A stretch of 64,000 nucleotides of DNA from Solirubrobacteraceae bacterium (GCA_036561645.1 DATBOY010000068.1:16707-80706); one strand, 5' to 3'. Numbered from the stretch's first letter, positions 18,638 through 28,965 are shown. Made by a program: numbers and translations. The notes: generated by a model from the letters alone, not told the origin.

Positions 18638-19126
18638 CTACTGCAACGCTGCGGCGCTCTTGGCCGTCTTGGCCTTTCCGTGCTTGGGCCTGAACGTCGC
18701 CTGCACCGTCACTCTCAGCTTGCCCTTGGCGGCGCCCAGCGCCGTCTTGCCGGCCTGCGTGAGCACGAGCTTGACCGTGATCGTTTCTGCGCCGTCGACC
18801 GTCTTGCTGCCACGGCCGATCACGACCGTCTTGCCGTGAACCCTGGCGGTCAGCACGAATGTGAAGACCCCAGGACCCGGAGTCGTGGCACTCAGCTTGA
18901 CGCCGTCCTTGGCGAGCAGAGCGGCGGGCGAGAGCTTATCCAGGGCCGCGGCCGCGGCGGAGGCAGCGGTGTGTACGGCGCCGGCGGGCGTGTTGACGGA
19001 GCCCGGGGGGATCGGGTAGAGAGCGGCCGCCCCGGCGGAGGGGACGGCGGGACGCGCCTGCGCCACGCCGGTGAGGGCGCCCGACAGCGCGCAGATGGCC
19101 AGAAGCGAGGCGAGACGCTTGCCCAT
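18638..19126 (-). CDS. Secreted hypothetical protein (beta-rich, basic C-terminus)
   Basis: Signal peptide 'MGKRLASLLAICALSGALTGVAQA'; host-like codon usage. Confidence 0.7.
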   Translation of the reverse strand: MGKRLASLLAICALSGALTGVAQARPAVPSAGAAALYPIPPGSVNTPAGAVHTAASAAAAALDKLSPAALLAKDGVKLSATTPGPGVFTFVLTARVHGKTVVIGRGSKTVDGAETITVKLVLTQAGKTALGAAKGKLRVTVQATFRPKHGKAKTAKSAAALQ

Positions 19127-19254
19127 GCGGTCGTATGTCATCTCTGGATCGAGCTCCATTTCTACCGTCGGCCACAACCGACGGCGTCTTTGTCTGAGAG
19201 GGGAAAATGCTGCCGTGCCCGCAACCAATGCTGTGCGCCCGACGGCGCGATCGT

Positions 19255-19270
19255 GTGAAGAAGAGGTGAA
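19255..19270 (-). promoter_or_regulatory. Direct-repeat box TTCAC-N6-TTCAC
   Basis: Minus strand TTCAC-CTCTTC-TTCAC upstream of 18638..19126. Confidence 0.55.
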
Positions 19271-19300
19271 GGCTCGGCGGACGTTGACCGCGTGTGCGCG

Positions 19301-19867
19301 CTACTCCGGGCGCCGCTCGTCGCGAGGCCCAACGCGCCGCACGACGGCGGGGACCCCTGCGGCGAAGGCGTGCGCCGGGATGTCCTGCAGCACGACCGCA
19401 TTGGCCCCGATCGTGGCGTGCGATCCGATGTCGATGCCGCCGATCACCTTCGCGCCCGGACCCACATAGACTCGATCGCCCAGCCTGGGGGCGCCACCCC
19501 TTCCGTTGGGACCCTCGCCGAGCGTCACTCCCTGCATGATCGTGCAGCGCCGGCCCAGATGGCAGCGGGGACCGATCACGACCCCGCTCGGGTGATAGAG
19601 GACAAGCCCGGGACCGACGACGGCGTCCAGAGCGATGTCGGCGCCTGTGAGCACCTGGTTGAGATAGCGCACGATCGCACCCAGAAACGGCGCCAGCCGC
19701 CGCGCGCTCTGACCGAGGCGGAACAGGACGACCGCCTGCACGCGCAGCGACAGCGCAAGCTTCCCCAACTGCACAGCGAGGCTGGGAGCGCGGTCGGCGT
19801 CGTGACCGGCGACTCCGAACCTGAGATCCTCCGCGAGCGCCCGTATGCCCTGCGCGCCCGGACTCAA
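19301..19867 (-). CDS. Serine O-acetyltransferase-like hexapeptide acyltransferase (EPS acetylation, WcaB/CysE-like)
   Basis: 'GADIALDAVVGPGLVLYHPSGVVIG', 'GAPRLGDRVYVGPGAKVIG', 'IGANAVV', 'GVPA'; TTG start overlaps upstream stop. Confidence 0.85.
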   Translation of the reverse strand: MSPGAQGIRALAEDLRFGVAGHDADRAPSLAVQLGKLALSLRVQAVVLFRLGQSARRLAPFLGAIVRYLNQVLTGADIALDAVVGPGLVLYHPSGVVIGPRCHLGRRCTIMQGVTLGEGPNGRGGAPRLGDRVYVGPGAKVIGGIDIGSHATIGANAVVLQDIPAHAFAAGVPAVVRRVGPRDERRPE

Positions 19868-20385
19868 TGACGCCGCCGGGCGGGTCGTCCGCGACAGGGA
19901 CTGAGTCTCGCGTGGAAGCTGCTGAAGCTCACGTCCGGCAGCAGACCTTCCACGTGGAGCAGGAGCTCCGTGTAGGACAGTCGCCCCCGGCAGCGCCGTG
20001 TCCGGCTCAGGGTGACTGTCGCGGGATCGACGAAGATCGGCGACACGGCGCAGCGTTCGTCGACGCAGAACTGAAAGGTGAAGGTCCCGTGCGCGGTGGC
20101 GCTGGCCGCGCCCCAACCGCTCCACTGCAGGCCGAAGACGGACGTGTTGTGGTAATAGCCGTGAGGCTTGATGGGCAATCGCTGGGGCTGAACCTGGTTG
20201 CCCGCGCGCACCGCGTACGCGGTAGTGACTGACGGGGACGAGGACGATAACGCTGCTGCCGGCAACGACGCCAGCGCCCACAGCATCGCCAGCGGTGCGA
20301 GCAGAGGCAGCGCGACTCGCCGCCGGACGATAGAAGGGACGCTTCGCGGCAGCGGCGAATCGTGCAGATCGCGATTGAAGCGCAA
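19864..20385 (-). CDS. Secreted hypothetical protein (start uncertain)
   Basis: Hydrophobic signal-like stretch; 'GLQWSGWGAASATAHG' and paired Cys. Confidence 0.6.
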   Translation of the reverse strand: MRFNRDLHDSPLPRSVPSIVRRRVALPLLAPLAMLWALASLPAAALSSSSPSVTTAYAVRAGNQVQPQRLPIKPHGYYHNTSVFGLQWSGWGAASATAHGTFTFQFCVDERCAVSPIFVDPATVTLSRTRRCRGRLSYTELLLHVEGLLPDVSFSSFHARLSPCRGRPARRRH

Positions 20386-20410
20386 AGCGCAGTCAACTTA
20401 GACCGGCTAC

Positions 20411-20437
20411 GTCACCGTCCGGTGAAACATCTGTGAA
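20411..20437 (-). promoter_or_regulatory. Triple 11-bp-periodic box in divergent promoter
   Basis: Minus strand TTCAC-AGATGT-TTCAC-CGGACG-GTGAC. Confidence 0.6.
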
Positions 20438-20551
20438 TAAAGGCCGGCTACTCGGGTTCTTTACAACACACCCACCGCTCGCCGCATAGGTTGGGCGCGC
20501 TTCAGAGCGCCCTCCACCCGACCCCGCAGAACAAGCGACGGAGCGACAGCC

Positions 20552-21283
20552 ATGGACGCAGTCGGCGACACAACGTCAGCCCAGCCCACCCGAGCGCCAG
20601 CGATCCCCCAACCCTCCCGAGCGCCAACGACCCCCCAACCCACCCGGTCGCCCACGACCCAAGCGCCGCCGATCGCGCTCGCCAGCCGGCCGCATACGCT
20701 CAAGCGCGTGCTCGACGTGCTAGGGGCGCTCGCCGGCCTGCTCGCGATGGCGCCCCTGATGCTCGTGGCGGCGATCGCCATCCGGCTCGACACGCGCGGG
20801 CCCGCGCTCTTCCGCCAGGTGCGCGTGGGCCGCCACGGGCAGCCCTTTCAGATGTTGAAATTCCGCACGATGGTGCAAGACGCCGAGTCGCTCAAGGATG
20901 CTTTGGTCGAGCGCAACCAGGCGCAGGACGGGCTCTTCAAGATCGGCGACGATCCCCGCATCACACGCGTCGGGCGGCTCCTGCGCAGAACCTCCCTGGA
21001 CGAGCTGCCCCAGCTGCTGAACGTGCTGCGCGGCGACATGAGCCTCGTGGGACCGCGTCCGCTGATCCTCGCGGAGGACCGCCTGATGCTGGGCTGGCGC
21101 CGGGAGCGCCTGGAGCTGACGCCGGGGATGACCGGTCCCTGGCAGATCCTCGGCCCGACGCGGGCGTCGCTGAGCGAGATGGCCAGCATCGACTGCCGCT
21201 ACGCGGCCGACTGGTCGCTGGGGTCGGACATCAAGATCCTGCTTCACACGGCGCTCCACGTCGTCAGCCGTCGCGGCCTGTGA
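20552..21283 (+). CDS. Priming phosphoglycosyl (sugar) transferase
   Basis: 'LKRVLD', 'KFRTM', '[37 protein letters not shown]', 'PGMTGPWQ'; N-terminal 9-aa repeat x3. Confidence 0.93.
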   Translation: MDAVGDTTSAQPTRAPAIPQPSRAPTTPQPTRSPTTQAPPIALASRPHTLKRVLDVLGALAGLLAMAPLMLVAAIAIRLDTRGPALFRQVRVGRHGQPFQMLKFRTMVQDAESLKDALVERNQAQDGLFKIGDDPRITRVGRLLRRTSLDELPQLLNVLRGDMSLVGPRPLILAEDRLMLGWRRERLELTPGMTGPWQILGPTRASLSEMASIDCRYAADWSLGSDIKILLHTALHVVSRRGL

Positions 21284-21293
21284 CGACAGTAAA

Positions 21294-21325
21294 CACACGG
21301 CCTGCCCCACACGGCAGGCCGTGTG
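21294..21325. terminator. 13-bp stem-loop downstream of sugar transferase
   Basis: CACACGGCCTGCC-CCACAC-GGCAGGCCGTGTG. Confidence 0.55.
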
Positions 21326-21497
21326 GGGCGGCGCGAGCTGTGAGCGCACTGCGCACACAGGCCGCGCGCCGGCGGACACACAGCCTCCTCGCTCACGGCC
21401 GGCGCTACAAGGACTCCAATTCGACTCCAATTCGACTCCGATTCTTCACATCGACCTCATCACCCCGGCCTAGGGTCCCCGATAGGACGCCAAGCAA

Positions 21498-22784
21498 GTG
21501 AGCGAGAGCATCGGACCCGTCAAATCATCGTCGCTGCGCCTGCTGCATGTCGCCGAGGCCTTCGGCGGCGGCGTGTTCGAGATGGTCCGGCTGCTGGCCG
21601 AGGAGTCCGTCAACGCGGGCCACGAGGTGGCGATCGCCTACGGTCAGCGCCCGGAGACGCCGGCCGATGTCCCGTCGCGCTTCTCGCCGGCAGTCACCCT
21701 TATGCAGACAGCTTGGGTGCAGCGATCGCTCGGCGCCCAGCTGCGCACCGCACGACAGCTGCGCGACTTCGTCGCGGAGTGGCAGCCCGACGTCATTCAC
21801 CTGCACTCCTCCTTCGCCGGCGCGCTCGGCGCGTTTGCACTGGGGAGCGCCACGCCGATCGTCTACTCCCCGCACGGTTACTCCTTCGAGATGAGGGACT
21901 ACTCCCGCGTACGCCGCGCCGCATTTCGGGCGATCGAGACGATCGTCGCACGGCGGGTGACGCTGGTGGGCGCCGTTTCCCTCGACGAGGCCGAGCTGGT
22001 GCGCGCCAAGCTGAGACACGCGCACGTCGCGGTCGTCCAGAACGGGATACCGGAGCTCGACGCCCCGGTGCGACCCCGGCGCAGATCGCGCCGGCCACCG
22101 CTGGCTGTGACGATGGGTCGGGTCAGCCCTCAGCGCCAGCCCGACGCGTGCGCGCGCATCCTGCGCGAGGTGCGCGATCTCGTCGAGCCCAGATGGATCG
22201 GGGGCGTAAGGCCAGGCTCCCCCCACGCCGCCGGCCTGCGCGCGGCCGCGATCCCCGTCACCGGCTGGATCTCGCGCGACGACGCGCTTGAGCATCTCGA
22301 CCAGGCTGAGGTCTACCTGCACTGGACCGCCTGGGACGGGCAGCCGCTCTCCGTACTGGAGGCGATGGCGCGCGACGTGATCGTGGTGGCCCACGACATA
22401 CCGCCGTTGCGCGAGCTGCTGGACCCTCGCCAGCTGTGTCAGACGGAGTCCGATGCGGCCGCGCTGATCCGGCGGCTGATTACGCAGCCCGCGCTGAAAG
22501 AGGAGTTGCTCGCCGACCAGCGGACCCGGGCTGAGCTGTTTGGCAGAGCACGGATGGTCGACTCCTGGCATCGGGTGTACCGCGAGCTGGACCGAGCGCC
22601 CCCCGACGTGCTCGACCGATCCCCCGTTCGCGTGCCCGACCCCTCCATCGTTGGCGTGCTCGACCGCTCCCTCGTTCGTGAGTTCGACGGAGCCACGGCG
22701 CTCGATCGCATCGGCGCGAGCACACGTCCGTTCGCGGCGGAGGCGAGCCTGCTGGGCTCGCGCGAGGGCGCCTGCCTACCCTAG
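21498..22784 (+). CDS. Glycosyltransferase family 4
   Basis: 'LHVAEAFGGGV', 'PDVIHLHSSFAG', 'YSPHG', 'WDGQPLSVLEAMA'. Confidence 0.9.
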   Translation: MSESIGPVKSSSLRLLHVAEAFGGGVFEMVRLLAEESVNAGHEVAIAYGQRPETPADVPSRFSPAVTLMQTAWVQRSLGAQLRTARQLRDFVAEWQPDVIHLHSSFAGALGAFALGSATPIVYSPHGYSFEMRDYSRVRRAAFRAIETIVARRVTLVGAVSLDEAELVRAKLRHAHVAVVQNGIPELDAPVRPRRRSRRPPLAVTMGRVSPQRQPDACARILREVRDLVEPRWIGGVRPGSPHAAGLRAAAIPVTGWISRDDALEHLDQAEVYLHWTAWDGQPLSVLEAMARDVIVVAHDIPPLRELLDPRQLCQTESDAAALIRRLITQPALKEELLADQRTRAELFGRARMVDSWHRVYRELDRAPPDVLDRSPVRVPDPSIVGVLDRSLVREFDGATALDRIGASTRPFAAEASLLGSREGACLP

Positions 22785-22798
22785 GGAGCAGCCCATCG

Positions 22799-25291
22799 AT
22801 GGCCGCCAGCAGATCCCTAGAGAGGAGCCTCATCCTTGCTGGCGCCTACGCTCTCGCGGCAGCGGCCGGGGTGGCCGGGGTTTGGCTGACAGAGGTTTCG
22901 CCTTTGGCCCCGTGGGCCGTGCTCGCCGGCACCGTGTTGTGCTACCTGGTGCTCGCCAGGCCCGACCTGTTCGTGCTCGTGCTGATCGCGATCCTGCCGT
23001 GGCAGGGTGCGCTGCACTACCCCACCTACAACCTGACGGTCGTCAAGATCGTCGGCGGCCTGCTGCTGGTGTCGGTGATCGTGTCCACCCTACTGACCGA
23101 TCGGCGCGTGCGGCTCACGCCTGTGATCGGCGCCGCGGCGCTGCTGTGCACGGCCGTCACCGCCTCCCTCCTGATCAACGGCCCGCGCGCGCTCAGCGCG
23201 AGTGAGACGCTGCGCTACTGGTCGCTGACGCTGTTCGTCTTCCTGGTCGTGCAGCTGATCGACAGCCGCGCCCTGCTGCTGCGAGCGATTCGCGTGCTGG
23301 CGCTCTCGGCCATGATCGGCGCCGCGTGGGCGTCCGTGCAGTTTCTGAGTGGCGGCGTGCTCAGAGCCTCCGGCCCGCTCAGCGATCCCAACGAATTCGC
23401 GTACTTCCTGGCCGCGATCCTCCCCTTCGTCATCTACCTGTACGCAATCGAGCGCGAGCGCCGATGGCTGTGGGGCGGCGGGCTGCTGTGGCTCGCATTG
23501 GGCATCCTTGGCGCCTCCTCGCGCGGCGCCTTTCTCGCGCTGGGCGTGACCGCGACGTGGGCGATCCTGACGCGTCGCGTCGCTGCCCACATCGTGGCGC
23601 TGGCGCTGGCGTTGGCGGCCGTTGCCGCGATCGTCGCGCTCTCCCTGTCGAGCGCGGCCACCTCGCAGAACCTGCAGATCCGCGCCAACGGCCTGAGCAA
23701 CAGCGTGAGCCAGCGGGAAGCGTACTGGTCCGCCGCCGAGCGCATCGCCTTGGACCGCCCCCTGTTTGGCGTGGGACCCGCCGAATTCCGGACCGTCGGC
23801 CCACGCTACATCCGCAACGCACCGGTGCTCGAAGAACAGCCCGCCGTCAACAACAGCTACCTGTCGATGCTGTCCGAGAACGGGGGCGTCGCGACGCTCG
23901 TGTTCGCGCTGTTCCTGGCGGTCATCTGGTTGCAGATCCTCGACGCCACACGACCGCCTGCGGGCGTTCACAGCCCGCGCGCGCCCGCGCTGTGGCTGCG
24001 CTCCGCCTTCCAGGCCTCCTTCCTGGTGGCGCTCGTCGGCGGAATCTTCTTCAGCGCCCAGCTGAACACGCCCTTCTGGCTGATCGCGGCGTTCGCCTCG
24101 GCGCTGGCCGTTCGCGCGCCAGAAGCTTCAGGCGGAGAGCCAGGGCAGGCGCCGCCCGCCCCACGCGACCGCCTGCCCTCTGCGCAAGCAGCGCCCGTAC
24201 CAGCGCGAGGCAGGTTGGCACTCTTCATCCCCACGCTGGCGGCGGGGGGCGCCGAGCGGGCCACGCTGGCGCTGGCCGGCGGCCTGCACGGGCGGGGTTG
24301 GGCCGTGGACATCGTGACGTGCCGTCACGCGGGCGCCCTGCGGGGTGATGTCCCGGCGGGCGTGCGGGCGATCTCGCTGCAAGCCGGGGGCGTCGCCCGC
24401 GCCATCCCCTCCCTGCGAGCGTATGTCCAGCGCGAGCGGCCGACCGCGGTCCTGTCGGCCCTGGCCCACGCCAACGTCGCGGCGATCGCCGCGGTGCGCA
24501 GCCTGCCCTCCCCGCGCGCCCGCGTGGTCGTGGTGGAGCACTCCCACCTCAGCACGTCCACCGCGGGGGCGCGACTGAAGGAGCGGTCGGTGCCGCGCTT
24601 CGTGCGCCTGCTCTACCGGCACGCCGACGCCGTCGCCGCCGTCTCCGCCGGCGTGGCCGCGGACCTCGCCCGGCGCGCGGCGATGTCCCCCACCGCGATC
24701 GAGGTGATCGGCAACCCGATTGATCTCGACGCCATGCGCTGCGGCGCCGCCGAGCCCGTCGAGCACCCGTGGCTGTGCGACCCCACGGTCCCGGTGGTGG
24801 TCGCGGTCGGGCGGCTGACCCCCGCCAAGGACTTCCCCACGCTGGTGCGCGCGATCGCCCTGGTGCGCGGCGAGCTTCCCGTCCGTGCCCTTATCCTCGG
24901 CGAGGGGCCGGAGCGCACCGGACTACAGCACCTGATCGCCCAGCTTGACCTCGGCGAGGCGGTGTCCCTGTGCGGGTTCACGCCGAACCCGTACCCATTC
25001 GTAGACCGGGCGGCGCTGTTCGTGCTGTCCTCCCGCTGGGAGGGTCTACCCACCGCCCTGATCGAGGCCGCCCTGCTGAACACTCCCGTGGTGTCGACCG
25101 ACTGCCCCAGCGGTCCCCGCGAGATCTTTGGCGACGCGCGCGGACGTCTGGTGGCGCCAGGCGATCCCAGAGGTCTCGCGGCGGCGATGCTCGACGCGCT
25201 CCGTCACCCCGATCGCCACCGACTCGACCTCACCGCGCAGCGCTTTGCTCTGGCGGGCGTGCTCGACCGTTACGAAGCGCTCCTGCGCTGA
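22799..25291 (+). CDS. O-antigen ligase/Wzy-like polymerase fused to a C-terminal GT4 glycosyltransferase
   Basis: Multi-TM N-half with 'RASGPLSDPNEFA', 'SSRGA', 'PLFGVGP', 'NNSYLSMLSENG'; C-half 'GGAERAT', 'VGRLTPAKDF', 'SSRWEGLPTALIEA', 'TDCPSGPREI'. Confidence 0.85.
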   Translation: MAASRSLERSLILAGAYALAAAAGVAGVWLTEVSPLAPWAVLAGTVLCYLVLARPDLFVLVLIAILPWQGALHYPTYNLTVVKIVGGLLLVSVIVSTLLTDRRVRLTPVIGAAALLCTAVTASLLINGPRALSASETLRYWSLTLFVFLVVQLIDSRALLLRAIRVLALSAMIGAAWASVQFLSGGVLRASGPLSDPNEFAYFLAAILPFVIYLYAIERERRWLWGGGLLWLALGILGASSRGAFLALGVTATWAILTRRVAAHIVALALALAAVAAIVALSLSSAATSQNLQIRANGLSNSVSQREAYWSAAERIALDRPLFGVGPAEFRTVGPRYIRNAPVLEEQPAVNNSYLSMLSENGGVATLVFALFLAVIWLQILDATRPPAGVHSPRAPALWLRSAFQASFLVALVGGIFFSAQLNTPFWLIAAFASALAVRAPEASGGEPGQAPPAPRDRLPSAQAAPVPARGRLALFIPTLAAGGAERATLALAGGLHGRGWAVDIVTCRHAGALRGDVPAGVRAISLQAGGVARAIPSLRAYVQRERPTAVLSALAHANVAAIAAVRSLPSPRARVVVVEHSHLSTSTAGARLKERSVPRFVRLLYRHADAVAAVSAGVAADLARRAAMSPTAIEVIGNPIDLDAMRCGAAEPVEHPWLCDPTVPVVVAVGRLTPAKDFPTLVRAIALVRGELPVRALILGEGPERTGLQHLIAQLDLGEAVSLCGFTPNPYPFVDRAALFVLSSRWEGLPTALIEAALLNTPVVSTDCPSGPREIFGDARGRLVAPGDPRGLAAAMLDALRHPDRHRLDLTAQRFALAGVLDRYEALLR

Positions 25292-25295
25292 CGAC

Positions 25296-25440
25296 GCCCC
25301 CTCTCCCGACTCCGACATCCCTTCCCCAACTCCGACATCGCCGCCGCCTCCCCCAACCCCAACATCGTCCCTCGCGACCCCGACATCCCCTCCCCCGACA
25401 CCCACATCCCCTCCCCCGATCCCGACATTCCCTCTCGCGG
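25296..25440 (+). repeat. Degenerate ~21-bp C-rich tandem repeats (PDIPSP-like) at the 5' end of the flippase frame
   Basis: Recurring CC(C)GACATCCCCTCCCCC units. Confidence 0.7.
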
Positions 25441-25513
25441 CTCCTACGGCAGCGGCGTCGGGTTCGGCGCCTTCAGCTTCCTCGCCAACGCCCTCCTGAG
25501 CCTCGCCGCCAGC

Positions 25514-26995
25514 GTGGCGGTGGCGCGACTGTATGGAATCACGGTCGTCGGCGAGTTCGCCCTCGCCGGCGCCCCGGCGGGAACCGTGTGGCTGCTGTCC
25601 ACCGTGCGCGAGCAGCCGGCGCTGATGCGCAAGCTCACCCCGCTGCGTGCCCGTGACGCGCGCGTCACCGGCCTGTTCGCCGCCGTGCTGGCCTTCTCGT
25701 TCCTGCTCACCGCCACGGTCTCGGTGTGCGTCGGCGTGGCCGCCTGGGTGTTGTTTCGCGGACCGATCGGCCGTCCCGACCTCGTGGCGCCGGCGGAGGC
25801 GATGCTGCTCGGCTCGCTGCTGTTCCAGAACACCTGCTGGAACCTCGACACGGTGCTGAGCGCCTTCCGCGCCGGCCCGCCGCTGTTCTGGAGCCGGTTT
25901 CATCAGGCCCTCGCCTACCTGCTGGCGGCGATCGCGCTCAGCCCAACGCTGCCCACGGTGTGGGGACTGATACTCGCCTGGTACGGATCGTGGGCGACGG
26001 CGCTCGTGCAGCGCACGATCCACATCCGCGCCTTCATGCGCCTGCGGGTTCCGGCCGAGGAGTTGCGGCGGGGTATGCGGACGCTGCCCGAGCTGCTGCG
26101 CTTCGGGATCAGGCTGACGCCGGGCTTCCTGGCCGAGGGCCTCAGCGACGAATCGGGGGTGTGGATACTCGGCCTGCTCACGCCGATCCAGGCGCTCGGC
26201 GCGTACAGCCGCGGGTGGATGATCGCGCGGCGCGGACTGGACCTCAACTACCGCATCACGGAGATGCTGTTCCCCACGCTCGTCGAACGGCGCCTGGCGG
26301 GCGACCGCGCGGGGTTCGATCGCGCCCTCGTGGACTCCCTGCGCTACGTGGCCGTCGCGATGCTGCTCCCCGCCGCCGTGGCCGCCGGGGCGGCGGCGCC
26401 GATCATGAGCATCTACGGGCCGGGGTTCGCCCGCGGCGCGGGCTGTTTCGCCTTCCTCGTGTTCGTCCCGGGGATCATGACCCTCTCCGCCATCCAGTCC
26501 CACGCTCTCTTCGCGGAGGGCCGGGGCCTGCTCAGCTCGCTCTACGGCGTCGTGCGCCTGCTGAGCACGCTGCTGGCGACGGTGCTGCTGACGCGCGCGT
26601 ACAGCCTGAGCGGGGCGGGCGCGGGTATGACGATCGGCGCGTGTGCCCAGCTCGCGCCGCTCGGCGCCCGCCTACCGCGGCTGCTGAGCCAAGCGCTGCG
26701 CCAACTGTGGCCTGCACGCGAGATGCTCGCCCTGGCGGGCGCCGGAGCCGCCGGCTTTGCACTCAGCCGGGCGATCTCGGTCGAGCTCCCCCGCCTGCCT
26801 GCGCTGGTACTCGCCCCCACTGCGGGGCTGCTCGCGGCGGCGCTCGTGTTTCTCGCGTTGGGCGGTCCGCAACAGCGCGATCGCGAACGCGCCCGACGGC
26901 TGGCACGGTCCCTCAGGGCAAGCCTGCGCCGGCGGGTGGCGAGCCAAACGCTCCTCCGCACAGATCCAGATAGAGCCTCTCGAAGGCTGTCGTGA
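25514..26995 (+). CDS. wzx: Wzx-type polysaccharide flippase (true start probably upstream)
   Basis: Many TM helices, 'LGAYSRG', 'MLFPTL', 'IYGPGF'; in-frame upstream 'SYGSGVGFGAFSFLANALLSLAAS' looks like the first TM. Confidence 0.8.
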   Translation: MAVARLYGITVVGEFALAGAPAGTVWLLSTVREQPALMRKLTPLRARDARVTGLFAAVLAFSFLLTATVSVCVGVAAWVLFRGPIGRPDLVAPAEAMLLGSLLFQNTCWNLDTVLSAFRAGPPLFWSRFHQALAYLLAAIALSPTLPTVWGLILAWYGSWATALVQRTIHIRAFMRLRVPAEELRRGMRTLPELLRFGIRLTPGFLAEGLSDESGVWILGLLTPIQALGAYSRGWMIARRGLDLNYRITEMLFPTLVERRLAGDRAGFDRALVDSLRYVAVAMLLPAAVAAGAAAPIMSIYGPGFARGAGCFAFLVFVPGIMTLSAIQSHALFAEGRGLLSSLYGVVRLLSTLLATVLLTRAYSLSGAGAGMTIGACAQLAPLGARLPRLLSQALRQLWPAREMLALAGAGAAGFALSRAISVELPRLPALVLAPTAGLLAAALVFLALGGPQQRDRERARRLARSLRASLRRRVASQTLLRTDPDRASRRLS

Positions 26996-28193
26996 CAGCC
27001 GCGAGGTCATAGCGCTCCTCGATCCGCGCGCGCGCCGCCGACGCCGCGGCCTGGCGCTCCGCGGGGGACATCGACAGCGAGCTCAGGATCTCTTCCGCCA
27101 GCGCGCCCGGATCGCGGATGGGGACCACACGGCCCGCGTCGCCGACGATCGCTGCGGCGTCGCCGACGGCGGTGGTGACGCACGGCAGCCCGCACGCCAT
27201 CGCCTCGCCCAGCACCAGCGGGAAGGCCTCGCCGAAGGACGACGAGCACACGAGCAGGTCGATCGCGTTGAACACGTCGCGCATGTCGGCGACCGGTCCG
27301 AGCAGGATGCACCGCTGCGCGATCCCCGCCTGCGCGATCCAGCCCATCAGCTCCCTGTTGGCGCCCTCCACGCCGCTGCCGCACAGCAGGAAGCGCACAT
27401 CCGCGCGCGCCCGCGCCACGATGCCCGCCGCACGTACGAAGCTGCGATGGTCCTTCTGCGGGTGGTAGCGCCCCGCGAGCCCGACGATCGTCTCTGTCTC
27501 GCCCACGCCCAGCTGCGCGCGCAGCGCACGACCCCGCGCGGGCTCGGGACGAAACCACGACAGGTCAAAGCCGTTGGGGATGACCGTCATGCGTCCCGCG
27601 TCGTACCCCTGTTCGACCAGCATCTCCGCCAGCCGCTGCGAACACGACACCACGCGGTCGGGCACCCGACGGGCGATGACGGTACAGGCACGCGAGGTGA
27701 CGCGAGAGCTGCGTTTGCTTTCGCGGGGGTGCAGGCTGCCGTGCACCCCCCAGAGCACTTTCGCACCGCTGCGAGGACCCCTGCCGGCGCGCGCGAGCAG
27801 GCCACCGAGGAGATTGGCGTGGTCCATCCAGGTGTGAACCACGTGCGGGCGGCGCGAGGCGAGGCCCCGCGCGAGGCGTCCCAGCGGACGCGCCTGCAAA
27901 CGGCCGCGGCGCATACCGAGCGCACTCACCCGGACCTCAAGCGCGGCGATGCTCGGAGCGAGCGGGCCGAAGCTCGACAGCGAGATGACGGAGTGCTCGA
28001 AGCGGGCGCGATCGCTTGCGTCCAGCAGCCGGTACAGCATCGTCTCGGCTCCACCCAGCTCCAACCCGGAGATGACGTGGGTGACCCGGATCCGCTCACC
28101 TGCGCCGTCACGCGCAGACCACCCACTCGACCCACTCGGCGCAGAGCCTCCCTCGGGCGCCGGGACGCGCCCGCGGCCCGCCGCGACGCTCAT
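26913..28193 (-). CDS. Glycosyltransferase family 4
   Basis: 'HVISGLELGGAETML', 'IPNGFD', 'GRYHPQKDH', 'EAFPLVLGEAMACG'. Confidence 0.93.
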   Translation of the reverse strand: MSVAAGRGRVPAPEGGSAPSGSSGWSARDGAGERIRVTHVISGLELGGAETMLYRLLDASDRARFEHSVISLSSFGPLAPSIAALEVRVSALGMRRGRLQARPLGRLARGLASRRPHVVHTWMDHANLLGGLLARAGRGPRSGAKVLWGVHGSLHPRESKRSSRVTSRACTVIARRVPDRVVSCSQRLAEMLVEQGYDAGRMTVIPNGFDLSWFRPEPARGRALRAQLGVGETETIVGLAGRYHPQKDHRSFVRAAGIVARARADVRFLLCGSGVEGANRELMGWIAQAGIAQRCILLGPVADMRDVFNAIDLLVCSSSFGEAFPLVLGEAMACGLPCVTTAVGDAAAIVGDAGRVVPIRDPGALAEEILSSLSMSPAERQAAASAARARIEERYDLAAVTTAFERLYLDLCGGAFGSPPAGAGLP

Positions 28194-28807
28194 CCCGAAC
28201 TGGAAGCGTCCGCCATCGCGGCGAGGGCGACCGGGCGCCGAATGTAGTCCACGAGCGCGGCCAGCAGCACGCTCAGAATCGCCCCCAGCGCAAGGGCCGA
28301 GCCGATGATCAGCGGGGGCCTGGGCTGAACCGGCTGGGTGGGCAGCGTGGGCGGCGATATCAGCGTCGCCGTGAATAGCTGGTCGCCCTTGATCGAAGCC
28401 TGAAAGACCCGCAGCAGGGCCGCCGTGTCCTGCTGGGCGACAGCCGGGGTGCGAGCTTCGACCTGGATCGTGACGCTGTTGTCCCCTGCCTCGGTGAAGG
28501 CGGAGACGGTGCCGTTCAACGGCCGTCCCAGCGCGGCCTGCATGGCGTCGGCCGTCGAACTGGACTGCGCGGTCTCCGCATAGCCGTTGATCAAGGCTTG
28601 CAGGCTGTCCTGAGCGGGGATGATCGTCAGCTGCTTGCCCAGCAGAGGCGTCAGCACGATCTTCGCCTGCGACTGGTAGCGCTTGGTGTGCGTCGCCGCC
28701 AGCGCCACGCCGGCGCCCAGCGTCACGAGGAACACGAACAGAGCCGTCGGGGCGCGCCGACGCAGCAGCAGGCCGATTTCGCGGAGGCTCACCCGTGAGT
28801 CGCTCAC
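28190..28807 (-). CDS. Wzz/CpsC-like chain-length regulator (co-polymerase)
   Basis: TM-loop-TM topology, 'YQSQAKIVL', Pro-rich 'PTLPTQPVQPRP' before TM2; no kinase domain. Confidence 0.75.
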   Translation of the reverse strand: MSDSRVSLREIGLLLRRRAPTALFVFLVTLGAGVALAATHTKRYQSQAKIVLTPLLGKQLTIIPAQDSLQALINGYAETAQSSSTADAMQAALGRPLNGTVSAFTEAGDNSVTIQVEARTPAVAQQDTAALLRVFQASIKGDQLFTATLISPPTLPTQPVQPRPPLIIGSALALGAILSVLLAALVDYIRRPVALAAMADASSSG

Positions 28808-28965
28808 TCCGGGTGCTCCGCCCGTGCTAGAGCGAACACCACCGCAACGCTAGGACACGCCCGCCCTCGCGAATGTGAAGAAAATGTAGCCGTCTGGTTG
28901 CCAAGAGCGGGCGCTCCACAACCCAGAGCCGGTGTCACAGGCCCTTACAGCCGCGGGCGGACGCT

